A stretch of 64,000 bases of DNA. Source: Opitutales bacterium. Lineage in GTDB: Bacteria > Verrucomicrobiota > Verrucomicrobiia > Opitutales > UBA2987. Location of the stretch: contig CBDDEL010000017.1 of the NCBI GenBank assembly GCA_965226885.1, positions 448,001-512,000 on the forward strand, given 5' to 3'. The position numbers and the translations under genes were made by a program. Below, one piece after another: positions 21,996-33,536 of this stretch (positions are counted from its first letter, which is position 1; every line of letters begins with the position of its first letter). The notes beneath the pieces were generated by a model, which was given only the letters and a program-made list of their open reading frames with translations, made no database searches and was not told the DNA's origin.

Positions 21996-22763
21996 TCACG
22001 TCATGGCAAGGCTGCCCACTTCCCCTTCCCGGCTGCGCAGTGGACGTTCAGTACCGTGTTTTGAATTTTCCGGTTTCGGCTCGGAGTCATAATCAATAAT
22101 GCAGCAGAGGCGGCCTTTGTCGGAGTGATTGGCTGCTGAGGCGTGCAATGTCAACACGTCGAAAAACAGGACATCGCCAGGTTTCATAACGGCGTAAATA
22201 ATTTGACCTGAATCGATCCCATCTTCTTCGATCATAAAATCCTCACCGTGATGGTGCTTGATCAAACCATTTTTATGGGAACCGGGAATGACCTCAATGC
22301 ACCCGTTTTCCCTGGTTGCTTCATCAATGGCCATCCAAACGGTGACCTGGCGCTGGTTCATGTTATCCCAATAGGCCCAATCCTGGTGCCAGGGTTTGCG
22401 CCTGCCGCCGCGAGCCGCCTTGAAAAACAATTTGCTGGAATGATAATAAATTTCAGAACCAATCAGTTTCTCCACAATATCGAGGATTTTGTCGCTTCCG
22501 GTAACATTGCGGAACGCCTCTTCATTCCACCACGGGTCCTTCACCGCACGCAAAGTGGAGCGCGCGGGCATTCCATCGGTTTCAATTCTTTCAATCTCAT
22601 AACGAGTTTTTCCTTTGATAAAATTTTGAAATCCACCATCTTCAGCCTCTGTATCAATCCTTTTACGCAGGTCTTGAATAGACTGAATTTCCTTCATGCT
22701 TAATAGGTTTCTTATGAGAATGAAGCCGTCCTCATTGTATTGCTTTAATATATTATTTTCCAT
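21996..22763 (-). CDS. Phytanoyl-CoA dioxygenase family protein
   Basis: PWHQDWAYW, ENGCIEVIPGSH, LHASAAN..GR. Confidence 0.88.
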   Translation of the reverse strand: MENNILKQYNEDGFILIRNLLSMKEIQSIQDLRKRIDTEAEDGGFQNFIKGKTRYEIERIETDGMPARSTLRAVKDPWWNEEAFRNVTGSDKILDIVEKLIGSEIYYHSSKLFFKAARGGRRKPWHQDWAYWDNMNQRQVTVWMAIDEATRENGCIEVIPGSHKNGLIKHHHGEDFMIEEDGIDSGQIIYAVMKPGDVLFFDVLTLHASAANHSDKGRLCCIIDYDSEPKPENSKHGTERPLRSREGEVGSLAMT

Positions 22764-22947
22764 GGTAAATAGTTTCTGGTAAACCAGAATTTTAACAACC
22801 GATTTTGGTTATTCTAAATTAATGTAATATCACAATCGTTCATAAAGCGTCAATCCAAAGAGTCGGATATATTTATATTACTTTCATCATAAAAAAAATA
22901 TTCTGGACAGCGCCATCAATCGAAGGCAAATTGGAATTACCATTACA

Positions 22948-24357
22948 ATGAGTAAGCAACCTAACCTATTAATCATTTGGACCGATCAACAAAGGGCCGA
23001 TACTTTAGCCTGTTACGGCAATGATTACATAGAAGCGGCCCATATTAACAAACTGGCCGAAACGAGTTTTGTATTTGAAAACGCGTATTGCTGCCAGCCA
23101 GTTTGCACGCCGTCTCGGGCCAGCATCCTGAGCGGGCTTTGGCCTCATACTCACGGGTCGGTAACAAACAATATTCCGCTCGATAGCGAGGTGAAAACTA
23201 TCGCTGAAATGGTGAGTGAAGATTATAATTGCGCCTATTTCGGCAAATGGCACCTGGGCGATGAAGTTGTGGCGCAAAGAAATTGCAAGGAATGGATCAG
23301 CATTGAGGATGGCATATACCGGCCCCATTACTCTAAACCGGAATACCTGGAGCTGCGCAGTTCCTACCATCATTTCCTGGTTAAAAACGGATTTTCTCCA
23401 GACGATAAGGACAACAACGGAGAAGGAATTTTCTCCCGGCACTTTGCCTCCGCCCTGGCCGAGCCGTACACCAAAGCTTCTTTCCTCGGGGATGTGTCGG
23501 CCGATTTTTTGCGCCGGCAGAATGGAGACCAGCCCTTTTTGCTCAATGTGAATTTTCTGGAACCGCATCCGCCGATATTCGGTCCGTTAAATGATCTTTA
23601 TGAGCCGAACGATCTACCGGTGGGAGAGGCCTTTTTAAAGCCGCCCGGCAGGGATGCCTCGGAACGGAACCGGCTGGACTCCGATGAATATGTAAATGGA
23701 GGGTTTAAAAACTACCCATTGAAAACGGAATGGGACTGGCGGCGACTACGGGCCAATTATTGTGGACTGGTCACGCTGGTTGATCGGGCCGTAGGCAAAA
23801 TTATTTCCGCACTCGAAGAATCGGGCCAGATGGAAAATACGATCATTGTTTACACTTCCGATCACGGTGAGATGATGGGAGACCACGCCCAAATGGGAAA
23901 GGGAGTGCTTTATGAAGAGTCGGCCCGGATCCCTTTCTTCATACGGGTGCCGTGGTTATCGGAGAAAGGGGAAATGGTCGAAGGCAGGGTCAGCCAGATA
24001 GACCTGGTACCGACGCTCCTGGATTTGATGAGGCAGCCGGTCGGTGACCATTTGCAAGGTCGCAGCCTACAGCCAGTGCTCAAAGGGGAAGAAAATTTGA
24101 AAGACAACGATGTCATTATCGAATGGAACCAACCAGACAATGCAAAGCAGCAATGGCGCACAATTGTCAGCGCCGATGGCTGGAAATTAAACCTCTGCGC
24201 CCATGACCAATGCGAGCTTTACGACCTCAATTCCGATCCCTGCGAGTTGACTAACCGGTTCGATGACGTTTCCCAACGCAACCGCATCAATGACCTAACC
24301 GAGCGAATCCGGTCCTGGCAGTCAAGCACGGGAGACACCGTTACCCTGCCATCTTGA
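22948..24357 (+). CDS. Cys-type (formylglycine) sulfatase
   Basis: PNLLIIWTDQQR, CTPSR, GKWHLG, YTSDHG. Confidence 0.92.
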   Translation: MSKQPNLLIIWTDQQRADTLACYGNDYIEAAHINKLAETSFVFENAYCCQPVCTPSRASILSGLWPHTHGSVTNNIPLDSEVKTIAEMVSEDYNCAYFGKWHLGDEVVAQRNCKEWISIEDGIYRPHYSKPEYLELRSSYHHFLVKNGFSPDDKDNNGEGIFSRHFASALAEPYTKASFLGDVSADFLRRQNGDQPFLLNVNFLEPHPPIFGPLNDLYEPNDLPVGEAFLKPPGRDASERNRLDSDEYVNGGFKNYPLKTEWDWRRLRANYCGLVTLVDRAVGKIISALEESGQMENTIIVYTSDHGEMMGDHAQMGKGVLYEESARIPFFIRVPWLSEKGEMVEGRVSQIDLVPTLLDLMRQPVGDHLQGRSLQPVLKGEENLKDNDVIIEWNQPDNAKQQWRTIVSADGWKLNLCAHDQCELYDLNSDPCELTNRFDDVSQRNRINDLTERIRSWQSSTGDTVTLPS

Positions 24358-24377
24358 AGCAAATAGGGAAGGTCATA

Positions 24378-26306
24378 TCAGCGGCCCGATTTTATAAATA
24401 ACTGTTCGTGAAAGATCGGCCGGGACCAGCCGCGGAAGTTATTCTCTAAACTGCAATCCACGGGAATATTGCCCAGACGCGTACTGGCGCCCCAGCTTCT
24501 ATACATCGACCCGATGCAGATATGAGGAACTTCTTCGGAGTGCAAATCTCTGACTTTTACCATTGCCTCGCGCCGCACTTCGGGATCAACGGTATAGAGG
24601 GCGCGCTTAATAAGTTCCGTTGATTCCCAAAGCCAAGGAGGAGCTTCAACCGAAGCAGTGCGGTGCCAAATAGGTGTCGTGGATGACCAAATAGCCCATA
24701 AATGCGGCGTGTCCAAAGGATCGGAACCTTTTTGATACCAGATATAAATATCATGCTCCCCGTTCATGCGACGTGGAAAAATGATCTCTTCCTTAGCCGG
24801 ATTCAAATGCACTCTAACGCCTATCTGTTTCCAATGCTCGGCGACCAATTCGGCCACATCCAAAAAACCGGAGGTATTGATAACGTCGATAATTAACTCG
24901 AAGGGAGTTCCGTCTTTGAACTCCCGGATGCCATTGCCATCGGAATCCTTGAATCCGGCTTCATCCAGCAGGGAGCGCGATAATTCGGGGTCGTAACTGG
25001 CATAAGATTTAGCTGCTTCAGGAGAATAATAGGGATTGGCCGGTAAAAAACTGTATCCGCTGGGAACCAAAAGGTCCGAATAGGATATACGGTTAATTTC
25101 ATCCCGGTTGATGCCGTGCGAAAGCGCTATCCTGACTTTTTTCTCGCGAAAAGCTGCCCTCAAAGCCGGATTGGGAGCATCCCAGTTTAAATAAAGAGTC
25201 GGTCCCTGTGTGGGACCCGCTTTCATCAGGCGAATGCGTCCCAATTTTTCTGCCGCTCTGACTGCCGACACCATATCGATGGTGAAATTTCTACCCACCA
25301 AGTCTAATTCTCCATTTAAAAATTTGAGCAGTATCATCTGGCGTTCGGGGATTACGTTGAACTCTAGACGATCGGCATAGGGCAATTGATTTCCGGCGCT
25401 ATCCACTTTCCAGTAATAGGGATTGCGTTGGTAAACAATTTTCTGCCCGCGAACCCACTCGACAGGCACCCAGGCGGACAACCTCGGAATACCCGGCTGC
25501 ATAACTAGCTTGCCGACGGTTGTCCGATTTTTAAAATCCACATAAGTTGCCTCCGGGTTGTATCGGGGATGGTATTGAGCCCAAATGTGCCTGGGCTGGA
25601 ATAAATCGTCATGACTCAGATTATTGAGAATTCTCCCCAAAGGTTTGGGAGATGAAATTTTCAGGGTCAAATCGTCAATTTTCTCCAATTTTATCAATTC
25701 GCCATCGACGATCCACTCGTTAGGGGGTAGCGGTTCAGTGTTGGCGTTTTCATCGAATACCATATCGTAATACCAGAACAGGATGTCATCGACCGACACG
25801 GGAACGCCATCGGACCAACGGATTCCTTTTCTCATTTTAAAAATGGCCGTTTTCCCTTCATCTAGGAACCGATAGCTTTCTGCCATGTTGAGCTGAATGC
25901 TTCTGGCTACGGGCCGCTCGTATCCCATCAGGTTTTCATTCAGGGTTTTGGTAATGGCGGTTTCCTGCACAGTATCGTCGATCAGAGCCCGTCGCAAGGT
26001 TCCGCCGTAAACTCCGATTTCTTCGATAGGAACCACCACGAGCGGTTTTTCAGGCAACCTTTCCGAGACCGAGGGCAATTCGCCCCTGGCAACTTGTTCA
26101 GCAAGTAAAGGCGCTTCTTGAAAAGAGCGGTTGGCTAAAATAGAGGGATCGATTTCCAGCGGAGCCCGTGTTTTTTGCTTTAACTCAACGGCTTCAGGTG
26201 CAGCATTTTCCGGCTTTGCAGCATCTTCGACCGAACCGGGTTTTAAACAACCGCCGAGAAAGAGGCTGCAAAGGATAATATATATTCGCATAACCAATTG
26301 AAACAT
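24378..26306 (-). CDS. ABC transporter substrate-binding lipoprotein, family 5
   Basis: Lipobox LGGC, LPSVSERLP, YGGTLR, RWSDG, RNPYYWKVDSAGNQLPY. Confidence 0.88.
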   Translation of the reverse strand: MFQLVMRIYIILCSLFLGGCLKPGSVEDAAKPENAAPEAVELKQKTRAPLEIDPSILANRSFQEAPLLAEQVARGELPSVSERLPEKPLVVVPIEEIGVYGGTLRRALIDDTVQETAITKTLNENLMGYERPVARSIQLNMAESYRFLDEGKTAIFKMRKGIRWSDGVPVSVDDILFWYYDMVFDENANTEPLPPNEWIVDGELIKLEKIDDLTLKISSPKPLGRILNNLSHDDLFQPRHIWAQYHPRYNPEATYVDFKNRTTVGKLVMQPGIPRLSAWVPVEWVRGQKIVYQRNPYYWKVDSAGNQLPYADRLEFNVIPERQMILLKFLNGELDLVGRNFTIDMVSAVRAAEKLGRIRLMKAGPTQGPTLYLNWDAPNPALRAAFREKKVRIALSHGINRDEINRISYSDLLVPSGYSFLPANPYYSPEAAKSYASYDPELSRSLLDEAGFKDSDGNGIREFKDGTPFELIIDVINTSGFLDVAELVAEHWKQIGVRVHLNPAKEEIIFPRRMNGEHDIYIWYQKGSDPLDTPHLWAIWSSTTPIWHRTASVEAPPWLWESTELIKRALYTVDPEVRREAMVKVRDLHSEEVPHICIGSMYRSWGASTRLGNIPVDCSLENNFRGWSRPIFHEQLFIKSGR

Positions 26307-26360
26307 GAATCATCGAATGGATAATATTAGAACTTTGGCTAAAAAAATTTTAAATACTAT

Positions 26361-27974
26361 ATGAGCCGACCGAATATCCTCATCATTCTGTCAGATCAGC
26401 ACAACGCTAAAGTGCTTGGGCATAAAAACCACCCGGACGTGAAGACTCCCCATCTGGACAGGATGGCGGCGGAAGGTGTGCGCTTCGATAACGCCATTGC
26501 CCAGAATCCTATCTGCACACCCAGCCGCCTCTCATTTCTATCCGGCCAATACTGTCACAACCACGGCTATTATGGATTATCGGGACCGAAACCGCATGGT
26601 CTGCCCAGTATTTTCAGTCATTTTAAAAAAGGCGGGTATAGAACCGGGTATTTTGGAAAATCTCATCTTCCGGCTGGCTGGATTGAAGAATTTTGCGACC
26701 GATTCCAGGACCCGACCGGCGGCAGTGTGCGGGGTGTCGATCCAGAATATATGGAAATGCTGAAAGAACGAGGAATGGAGCAATTGGCCAAAAAAAAGGG
26801 ATTGCCGCAGTTTCAGCATCTCAATGCTTCCACCATGGAGGGCTGTCCCTCACCCCTACCCTTCGATTATTCCGAGGAGGGATTTTCAACGAATCGAGCC
26901 ATTGATTTCATGGGGAAAATGTGTAAAGAAATTGAGCCGTTTCTAACCATCGTCAGTTTTCCCCGGCCCCACCAAATTACTTATCCCAGCGAGCCCTTCT
27001 GGTCCATGTACGATGAATCCAGTTTGACTTTGCCCCCAAATGCCGACTCCGACCTCACGGGCAAAGCGCCGCACTTGATTGCCCAGGCGGAAAAATGGCG
27101 CTCTGGGGACTGGACCCTGTTTGAACCGAAGACTTACCAAGCCGGGCGTTTGCGAAAACTGCATGGTTATCTGGGCGCCGTTAGCCAAATGGATCACGGG
27201 GTCGGCCTTTTGATGGATTTTCTGGGGGAAAATGGATTGGGAGAAAACACCATCGTCGTTTACAGTTCGGATCATGGCGAATACAATTGCGAGCACGGCC
27301 TGATGGAAAAAAAACCCGGTAATTGTTCCGATGCGGTAACTCGGATTCCCTTTATCTGGTGGGCTCCGGGTCGTTTTAGAAAAGGCCATTTGGCAAAGGA
27401 AATTGTGGAATCGGTCGATCTCTCCAACACCTTGTGCTCTTTGGCCGGTCTCGATCTTATGGAAACGAGCGACGGCAAGGATTTGTCTGCCCTGTTGCAA
27501 GGGAAACAGAAGGAAGTTCACACCCTCGGGGTCACCGAAATGGCCTGGAGCAAAAGCATACGTAAAGGGAACTACCGGTTTGTTTATTACCCGAAGGAGA
27601 TGTTTGTGGAGACTTATCCAGATGGATTTGGGGAATTGTATGACTTGGAGAATGATCCGTGGGAAATGAACAACCTTTTTTTCGAACCGAAATACAAAGA
27701 GTTGATTCAAAGTATGCTGAAGGAATTTCTGGATTGGCTGGTCACAACCACACGCCCGGCCACGGTCAGAAGCGTCAATTCCGTAATCGGCATGGAGGTG
27801 AATGAGCAAAGAATTTTCAACCATCGCTGCATCACCAATGAGGACCTGAAAATTCACCCCGACGAGATCAGGAAATTAAAAGACAATGTTTACAATTTTG
27901 ATGTGCACTGGAAAAAGTGGACACGAGATTCTCCTAAATGGAGAATCGAAGCATGGGAAGAAGACGCAGTATAG
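26361..27974 (+). CDS. Cys-type sulfatase; final residue replaced by an IS3-derived tail
   Basis: PNILIILSDQH, CTPSR, SSDHG; removing the IS and one TSD restores ...VYNFL*. Confidence 0.9.
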   Translation: MSRPNILIILSDQHNAKVLGHKNHPDVKTPHLDRMAAEGVRFDNAIAQNPICTPSRLSFLSGQYCHNHGYYGLSGPKPHGLPSIFSHFKKGGYRTGYFGKSHLPAGWIEEFCDRFQDPTGGSVRGVDPEYMEMLKERGMEQLAKKKGLPQFQHLNASTMEGCPSPLPFDYSEEGFSTNRAIDFMGKMCKEIEPFLTIVSFPRPHQITYPSEPFWSMYDESSLTLPPNADSDLTGKAPHLIAQAEKWRSGDWTLFEPKTYQAGRLRKLHGYLGAVSQMDHGVGLLMDFLGENGLGENTIVVYSSDHGEYNCEHGLMEKKPGNCSDAVTRIPFIWWAPGRFRKGHLAKEIVESVDLSNTLCSLAGLDLMETSDGKDLSALLQGKQKEVHTLGVTEMAWSKSIRKGNYRFVYYPKEMFVETYPDGFGELYDLENDPWEMNNLFFEPKYKELIQSMLKEFLDWLVTTTRPATVRSVNSVIGMEVNEQRIFNHRCITNEDLKIHPDEIRKLKDNVYNFDVHWKKWTRDSPKWRIEAWEEDAV

Positions 27975-29223
27975 AGTTCAAAAATGAGGCAGTTCAACTG
28001 ATGATACTCGATGGTCTGAGCGCCACCGAGGTATCGACCAAACTTGGGGTCAACACCAACCAATTGTATAGGTGGAAGAGGCTCTATCTGGACGATCAGC
28101 AGGGCGAAGCCACCTCAAAGCGACAGAGCAGTCCGAAGGAGATGGCGGCCGAGATAGATCGTCTTCGCAAAGAGCTGCGCCGCTCGGAGCGGATCAACCA
28201 GATACTAAAAAAAACGGTGGGCTACTTTGCCAAGGACGAACAATGAAGTACCAGTTTGTCAAAGACAACGAGGGGCGCTTCAAGATCGAGGAAATATGCT
28301 CGGCGATGGGGATTTGTCGCAGTGGCTATTACTGCTGGAGGCACCGAGCGCCCTCGGCCCGGCGGATCGAGGACGAGGGAATCAAGGGGGCGATCCTGAA
28401 GGTACACAAAGAGGCCAAGGGCCGCTATGGGCATCGGCCAATGCACCGCCATCTGAAGGATGATGAGGGCATCGATTGCGGCCGTGACCGGGCTCTGCGT
28501 CTGATGCGTGAAATGGGAATCAAAAGCACCCAGAGTAAACGCTTTAAGCCATTAAAAACCAACAGTAACCATCCCTATGGTTACAGCCCCAATGTGCTTA
28601 AAAAGCATGGCCAGCCGACCCATATCGACGAGGTCTGGGTGGCGGACACGACCTACCTACGGACCCTGGCCGGTTGGATGTACTTGGCCACGGTGATGGA
28701 CCTGTTCAGCCGACGCCTGCTAGGCTGGAGCGTTTCCAACCACAACGACGCGAAGCTGGTTGGCAAGGCCCTCAAAGCCGCGGCCATGACCCGCGGCACA
28801 CTGCGCACCGGGATTATTCATCACAGCGATCGGGGCAGCCCCTACGCCAGCGACGACTATCAGAGGCTGGTCTCTGAACTAGGCATGAAGCCGAGCATGA
28901 GCGCCCAAGGCAACTGCTACGACAACGCGGCCATGGAATCGTTCTACGGCCGCTTCAAGACCAGCACGATTCGAGGCCGCCACTTTGCCGACGAGCGCGA
29001 ACTGCGATCAACTGTCTTCGAATACGTGGAAATCTTCTACAACCGATATCGCAAACATTCCTCTCTGAGTTACCAAAGCCCAGTCCAATTCGAGGAAAAT
29101 ATTTGCCCCCCATGGGGGGCAACGAGAAAACAAAACCCTTTACCAAAACAAGCCGCCTGACACACTAATCAATAAACAATGAATATAAGAGAATCCCGTG
29201 TCCAACAAATCCAGTACACGTCA
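27899..29223 (+). mobile_element. IS3-family copy 2 (1325 bp, 3-bp in-frame deletion in orfA), TSD ATTT
   Basis: Same ends and ORFs as copy 1; ATTT on both sides. Confidence 0.95.
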
Positions 29224-29320
29224 ATTTCCTGTAAACTATTTGAAAATGTTTTCATAACTGTTTAACAATTATCCTTGTAATCTGTGGTTCTTTTATTGAA
29301 ACTATGGGGGAAATATATTG

Positions 29321-29890
29321 ATGGATTCGGAGAAAAAAGAAATTCTGGACATTTTCACGCAGACAGGGGCTCTTTTGCGGGGGCATTTTGTTTTGCGTTC
29401 GGGGCTGCACAGCGGTCATTTTTTTCAATGCGCCCGGGTGGGGGAACACCTCGACAAAATAACGCGGCTGGCGGAAATACTTCTGCAGCGTATTGATGTG
29501 GAGGATTTTGAAACTATTCTGGCACCCGCCATGGGCGGTCTGGTTTTCGGGCAGGAAGTGGCCCGGCAGGCAGGAAAACGTTTTATTTTTCCCGAAAAGG
29601 TGGAGGACCGCCTGGTTATGAGGCGCGGTTTTAATATCGCTCGTGGCGAACGGATCCTGGTGGTGGAGGATGTGGTGACTCGCGGGGGAAGGGTTCAAGA
29701 GTCCCTCGAAATCATCCGCAAGGAGGGCGGAGTGGCGACGGGAGTCGCTGCTATGGTAAACAGAAACGAAAGAATATCGCTATTCAATGCGCCCTTCACG
29801 GCTTTGCTGGAATTGAGATTTCCCACTTACCCTGCAAACGATCTACCGGAGGAATTAAGGGCCTTGCCCGCACAAAAACCGGGCAGTTGA
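29321..29890 (+). CDS. pyrE: Orotate phosphoribosyltransferase
   Basis: GHFVLRSGLHS, PAMGG, VVEDVVTRGG PRPP-binding motif. Confidence 0.9.
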   Translation: MDSEKKEILDIFTQTGALLRGHFVLRSGLHSGHFFQCARVGEHLDKITRLAEILLQRIDVEDFETILAPAMGGLVFGQEVARQAGKRFIFPEKVEDRLVMRRGFNIARGERILVVEDVVTRGGRVQESLEIIRKEGGVATGVAAMVNRNERISLFNAPFTALLELRFPTYPANDLPEELRALPAQKPGS

Positions 29891-29921
29891 AGCAATTACG
29901 ACCTTAAAAGGGTAATAATTA

Positions 29922-31100
29922 TCAGGCGGCAGGGTGATTGAGGACGGGCCGCCCTCTTGTTTGCCAGACAAGGACACATGCGGTCAGGAATATGAGGAAA
30001 CCGACACCGCCAATGGCCGGAAAAACCATGGCCAAGGAGGAGTGGCCGATGATGGCTTTGACACCCCAGACGGAAAATGCGCCGATGGCGAAGGTGACGG
30101 TAAACTTCAAGCCGTAACCGGTACTGCGCCAACGATCGGGGGTAAAGCGGGCCACCAGACTGTTTTCAATGGGCTGCATACCGATACTGAAAAACACGAA
30201 TGTAGCCGCACAGGCCATCAGAGGGGCTCCCGACAAGGCCACCATGGCAATGGCAAATGGAAAACCCAAGCCGTGAAAAAGCATGTACAAAATTCGCAAG
30301 TCGTAGCGGTCGGCCAGATGGCCGGAGATGTATTGCCCGAAGGTTGCCATTAAATAAACAATGGAGGTGGCCGCACCGTAGCCAATAAAATCAACCCGCT
30401 CGGCGTAATAAGCCGGTTGGGCAACGGAGCTGGCCCTGTAGGTGAGGCCCGCAAGGGTCATGGCCACCATGAGGATGAGGAACAATTTGAGACGCTCGCT
30501 CGGTTTGTGGTGCCGTTCGTCTCGAATCGCTTCTCCGGGTTTGGGTTCTTCGATGTGGTGAAAAGTGACCAGTAGCCCCATGACAAGAAGCATCCCGCCA
30601 ATAACTGCATAGGCGCCCCGCCAACCCCAATTGAGGGACAGCCATTCCGTCAAGACGGGAGCGCTTGCGATGCCGATATTGCCGCAAATGCCGTTGATCC
30701 CAAGGGCTTTACCGCGATGGCGGACGGTTCTTGAAATCAGGCTCATGCCAGCGGGATGGTAGAGGCTGGCGAATGCCCCTACACCGGCCAAGGCAATGGC
30801 CAGGGAGGCCCCCGGAGCGCTCAAGGCAACCAGCATCATGGCTGGACCGATGCCCAAAACACCGGTCCGTACGACCCATCTGGCGCGCAGGCGGTCCGTT
30901 ATCAAACCGACGGGAAAGGCGCCCAGTCCGAAAATGAAATAACCGGCGAAACTCCAGCCGAGAACGGTTTCGAGGGCCAAACCTTCCTCCAGGGCTAAGG
31001 CAATGGCGGCGGTTGGAAAAATGAGCATGGCCAGGTGACAGCCGAAATGAGCCACCCCGGTCAGCAAGAGCATATGCCGTTCGTTATTGTTTAAATTCAT
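29922..31100 (-). CDS. MFS transporter (Fsr-like)
   Basis: About 12 hydrophobic segments; GLITDR, YHPAG, GHLADR. Confidence 0.85.
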   Translation of the reverse strand: MNLNNNERHMLLLTGVAHFGCHLAMLIFPTAAIALALEEGLALETVLGWSFAGYFIFGLGAFPVGLITDRLRARWVVRTGVLGIGPAMMLVALSAPGASLAIALAGVGAFASLYHPAGMSLISRTVRHRGKALGINGICGNIGIASAPVLTEWLSLNWGWRGAYAVIGGMLLVMGLLVTFHHIEEPKPGEAIRDERHHKPSERLKLFLILMVAMTLAGLTYRASSVAQPAYYAERVDFIGYGAATSIVYLMATFGQYISGHLADRYDLRILYMLFHGLGFPFAIAMVALSGAPLMACAATFVFFSIGMQPIENSLVARFTPDRWRSTGYGLKFTVTFAIGAFSVWGVKAIIGHSSLAMVFPAIGGVGFLIFLTACVLVWQTRGRPVLNHPAA

Positions 31101-31278
31101 GCCGCTAGATAAATTGAAACCCCCACCCTGCGGCGATGCCTGGGAAGTTCAGAAATCATGGCAAGCAACGAGGCGAGAAGAAGCGGTTTAATTCATCCCT
31201 ATTTTGAAAAAAGGCAATGAAAAGCTGCACTCTAATGTCCCAGTTACCTTAGATAACAGGCCATACGCCGGTAAACCC

Positions 31279-32013
31279 TTAATAGGGCATGCGGATGTAT
31301 TCTTTGGCGGGAGCGCTGTTATTTGCCTGGGCAGTGGACCGGTTGCGGTTAATTATAAGCCGAAAGGTGATGGGAACGCGCATGCGGAATTTTACCTCTT
31401 TGCCGTCTTTTCTTCCGGGCAAGAATTTCCAGGTGAATATGGCCGTCCGGGCGCTTTCGGCAAATTCCAGATAATCCGCTTTTTCCACCTCGACATCAAA
31501 TACATTACCATCCTCGTCAACCGACAAAATAGCGAATACTTTTCCCTCCACTCTTTCCGCAACAAGATTGCGGGGATAATGAGGTTTGCCCTGTATGATG
31601 GGGATGGGGGCAGAGTCCAGGTCCGTGATTTTATAGACAAAATCCGCTTTTGATTCTTTCTCAGATGATACTTTTTGAGAATTTGGGGGAAGTAATTCCG
31701 GAATTAAGGTTTTATGAAATTGTTCTTTAGCCTGCAACCCGTGGGCCGAAAATAGCGGTGGTTTAAATAACTCAACGAAAGGTAGAATGTCCCTTGGGCC
31801 TCCACTGTAAGCATTATCCGCGAATGTTTTTTTCGCAGTAACAGGGTAATTGTTGATTATATTATTGTTTTGGGAAATCGTGTGGGGACTAAAGCGGAAC
31901 CCGCTCAGAAGGCTCAGGGTACCGCATAAAAGTATAGTGAGGAAGCCGGCAACAGCCAAACAAACCCATCTGCTTGCTAAATTATGACCCTCTGGGGGAA
32001 GGTACATGGCCAA
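31279..32013 (-). CDS. tonB: Energy transducer TonB family protein
   Basis: N-terminal TM; C-terminal PHYP...VEGKV...VDEDGNV...WKFLPGRKDG...VPITF. Confidence 0.8.
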   Translation of the reverse strand: MAMYLPPEGHNLASRWVCLAVAGFLTILLCGTLSLLSGFRFSPHTISQNNNIINNYPVTAKKTFADNAYSGGPRDILPFVELFKPPLFSAHGLQAKEQFHKTLIPELLPPNSQKVSSEKESKADFVYKITDLDSAPIPIIQGKPHYPRNLVAERVEGKVFAILSVDEDGNVFDVEVEKADYLEFAESARTAIFTWKFLPGRKDGKEVKFRMRVPITFRLIINRNRSTAQANNSAPAKEYIRMPY

Positions 32014-32200
32014 TTATGTGAAAAATATGCAGTGCTGTAGCACTATAATAGCGGGGGATTTGTAATTCAATCTACACGGATTTAGGGCTTTGCACAACAC
32101 AAAAAAACTTTTTGAGCCATACCATGAAAACCCGTACGGGACCTCTGTTTTATGTAGACAAACCGCCGTCGGCAATCCGGCATCCTGTCAAAGTTAAGAT

Positions 32201-33528
32201 TGATGTGCACTGGAAAAAGTGGACACGAGATTCTCCTAAATGGAGAATCGAAGCATGGGAAGAAGACGCTTTAGTATAGAGTTCAAAAATGAGGCAGTTT
32301 AACTGATGATACTCGATGGTCTGAGCGCCACCGAGGTATCGACCAAACTTGGGGTCAACACCAACCAATTGTATAGGTGGAAGAGGCTCTATCTGGACGA
32401 TCAGCAGGGCGAAGCCACCTCAAAGCGACAGAGCAGTCCGAAGGAGATGGCGGCCGAGATAGATCGTCTTCGCAAAGAGCTGCGCCGCTCGGAGCGGATC
32501 AACCAGATACTAAAAAAAACGGTGGGCTACTTTGCCAAGGACGAACAATGAAGTACCAGTTTGTCAAAGACAACGAGGGGCGCTTCAAGATCGAGGAAAT
32601 ATGCTCGGCGATGGGGATTTGTCGCAGTGGCTATTACTGCTGGAGGTACCGAGCGCCCTCGGCCCGGCGGATCGAGGACGAGGGAATCAAGGGGGCGATC
32701 CTGAAGGTACACAAAGAGGCCAAGGGCCGCTATGGGCATCGGCCAATGCACCGCCATCTGAAGGATGATGAGGGCATCGATTGCGGCCGTGACCGGGCTC
32801 TGCGTCTGATGCGTGAAATGGGAATCAAAAGCACCCAGAGTAAACGCTTTAAGCCATTAAAAACCAACAGTAACCATCCCTATGGTTACAGCCCCAATGT
32901 GCTTAAAAAGCATGGCCAGCCGACCCATATCGACGAGGTCTGGGTGGCGGACACGACCTACCTACGGACCTTGGCCGGTTGGATGTACTTGGCCACGGTG
33001 ATGGACCTGTTCAGCCGACGCCTGCTGGGCTGGAGCGTTTCCAACCACAACGACGCGAAGCTGGTTGGCAAGGCCCTCAAAGCCGCGGCCATGACCCGCG
33101 GCACACTGCGCACCGGGATTATTCATCACAGCGATCGGGGCAGCCCCTACGCCAGCGACGACTATCAGAGGCTGGTCTCTGAACTAGGCATGAAGCCGAG
33201 CATGAGCGCCCAAGGCAACTGCTACGACAACGCGGCCATGGAATCGTTCTACGGCCGCTTCAAGACCAGCACGATTCGAGGCCGCCACTTTGCCGACGAG
33301 CGCGAACTGCGATCAACTGTCTTCGAATACGTGGAAATCTTCTACAACCGATATCGCAAACATTCCTCTCTGAGTTACCAAAGCCCAGTCCAATTCGAGG
33401 AAAATATTTGCCCCCCATGGGGGGCAACGAGAAAACAAAACCCTTTACCAAAACAAGCCGCCTGACACACTAATCAATAAACAATGAATATAAGAGAATC
33501 CCGTGTCCAACAAATCCAGTACACGTCA
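32201..33528 (+). mobile_element. IS3-family copy 3, TSD AGAT
   Basis: Same ends and ORFs; AGAT on both sides. Confidence 0.95.
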
Positions 33529-33536
33529 AGATCGCT

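Noticed and set aside
26943..27857. Long antisense ORFs (also 12181-13053, 4170-4868, 43702-44307 and those within IS copies)
   Set aside because: Shadow frames of well-supported genes with no recognisable motifs.
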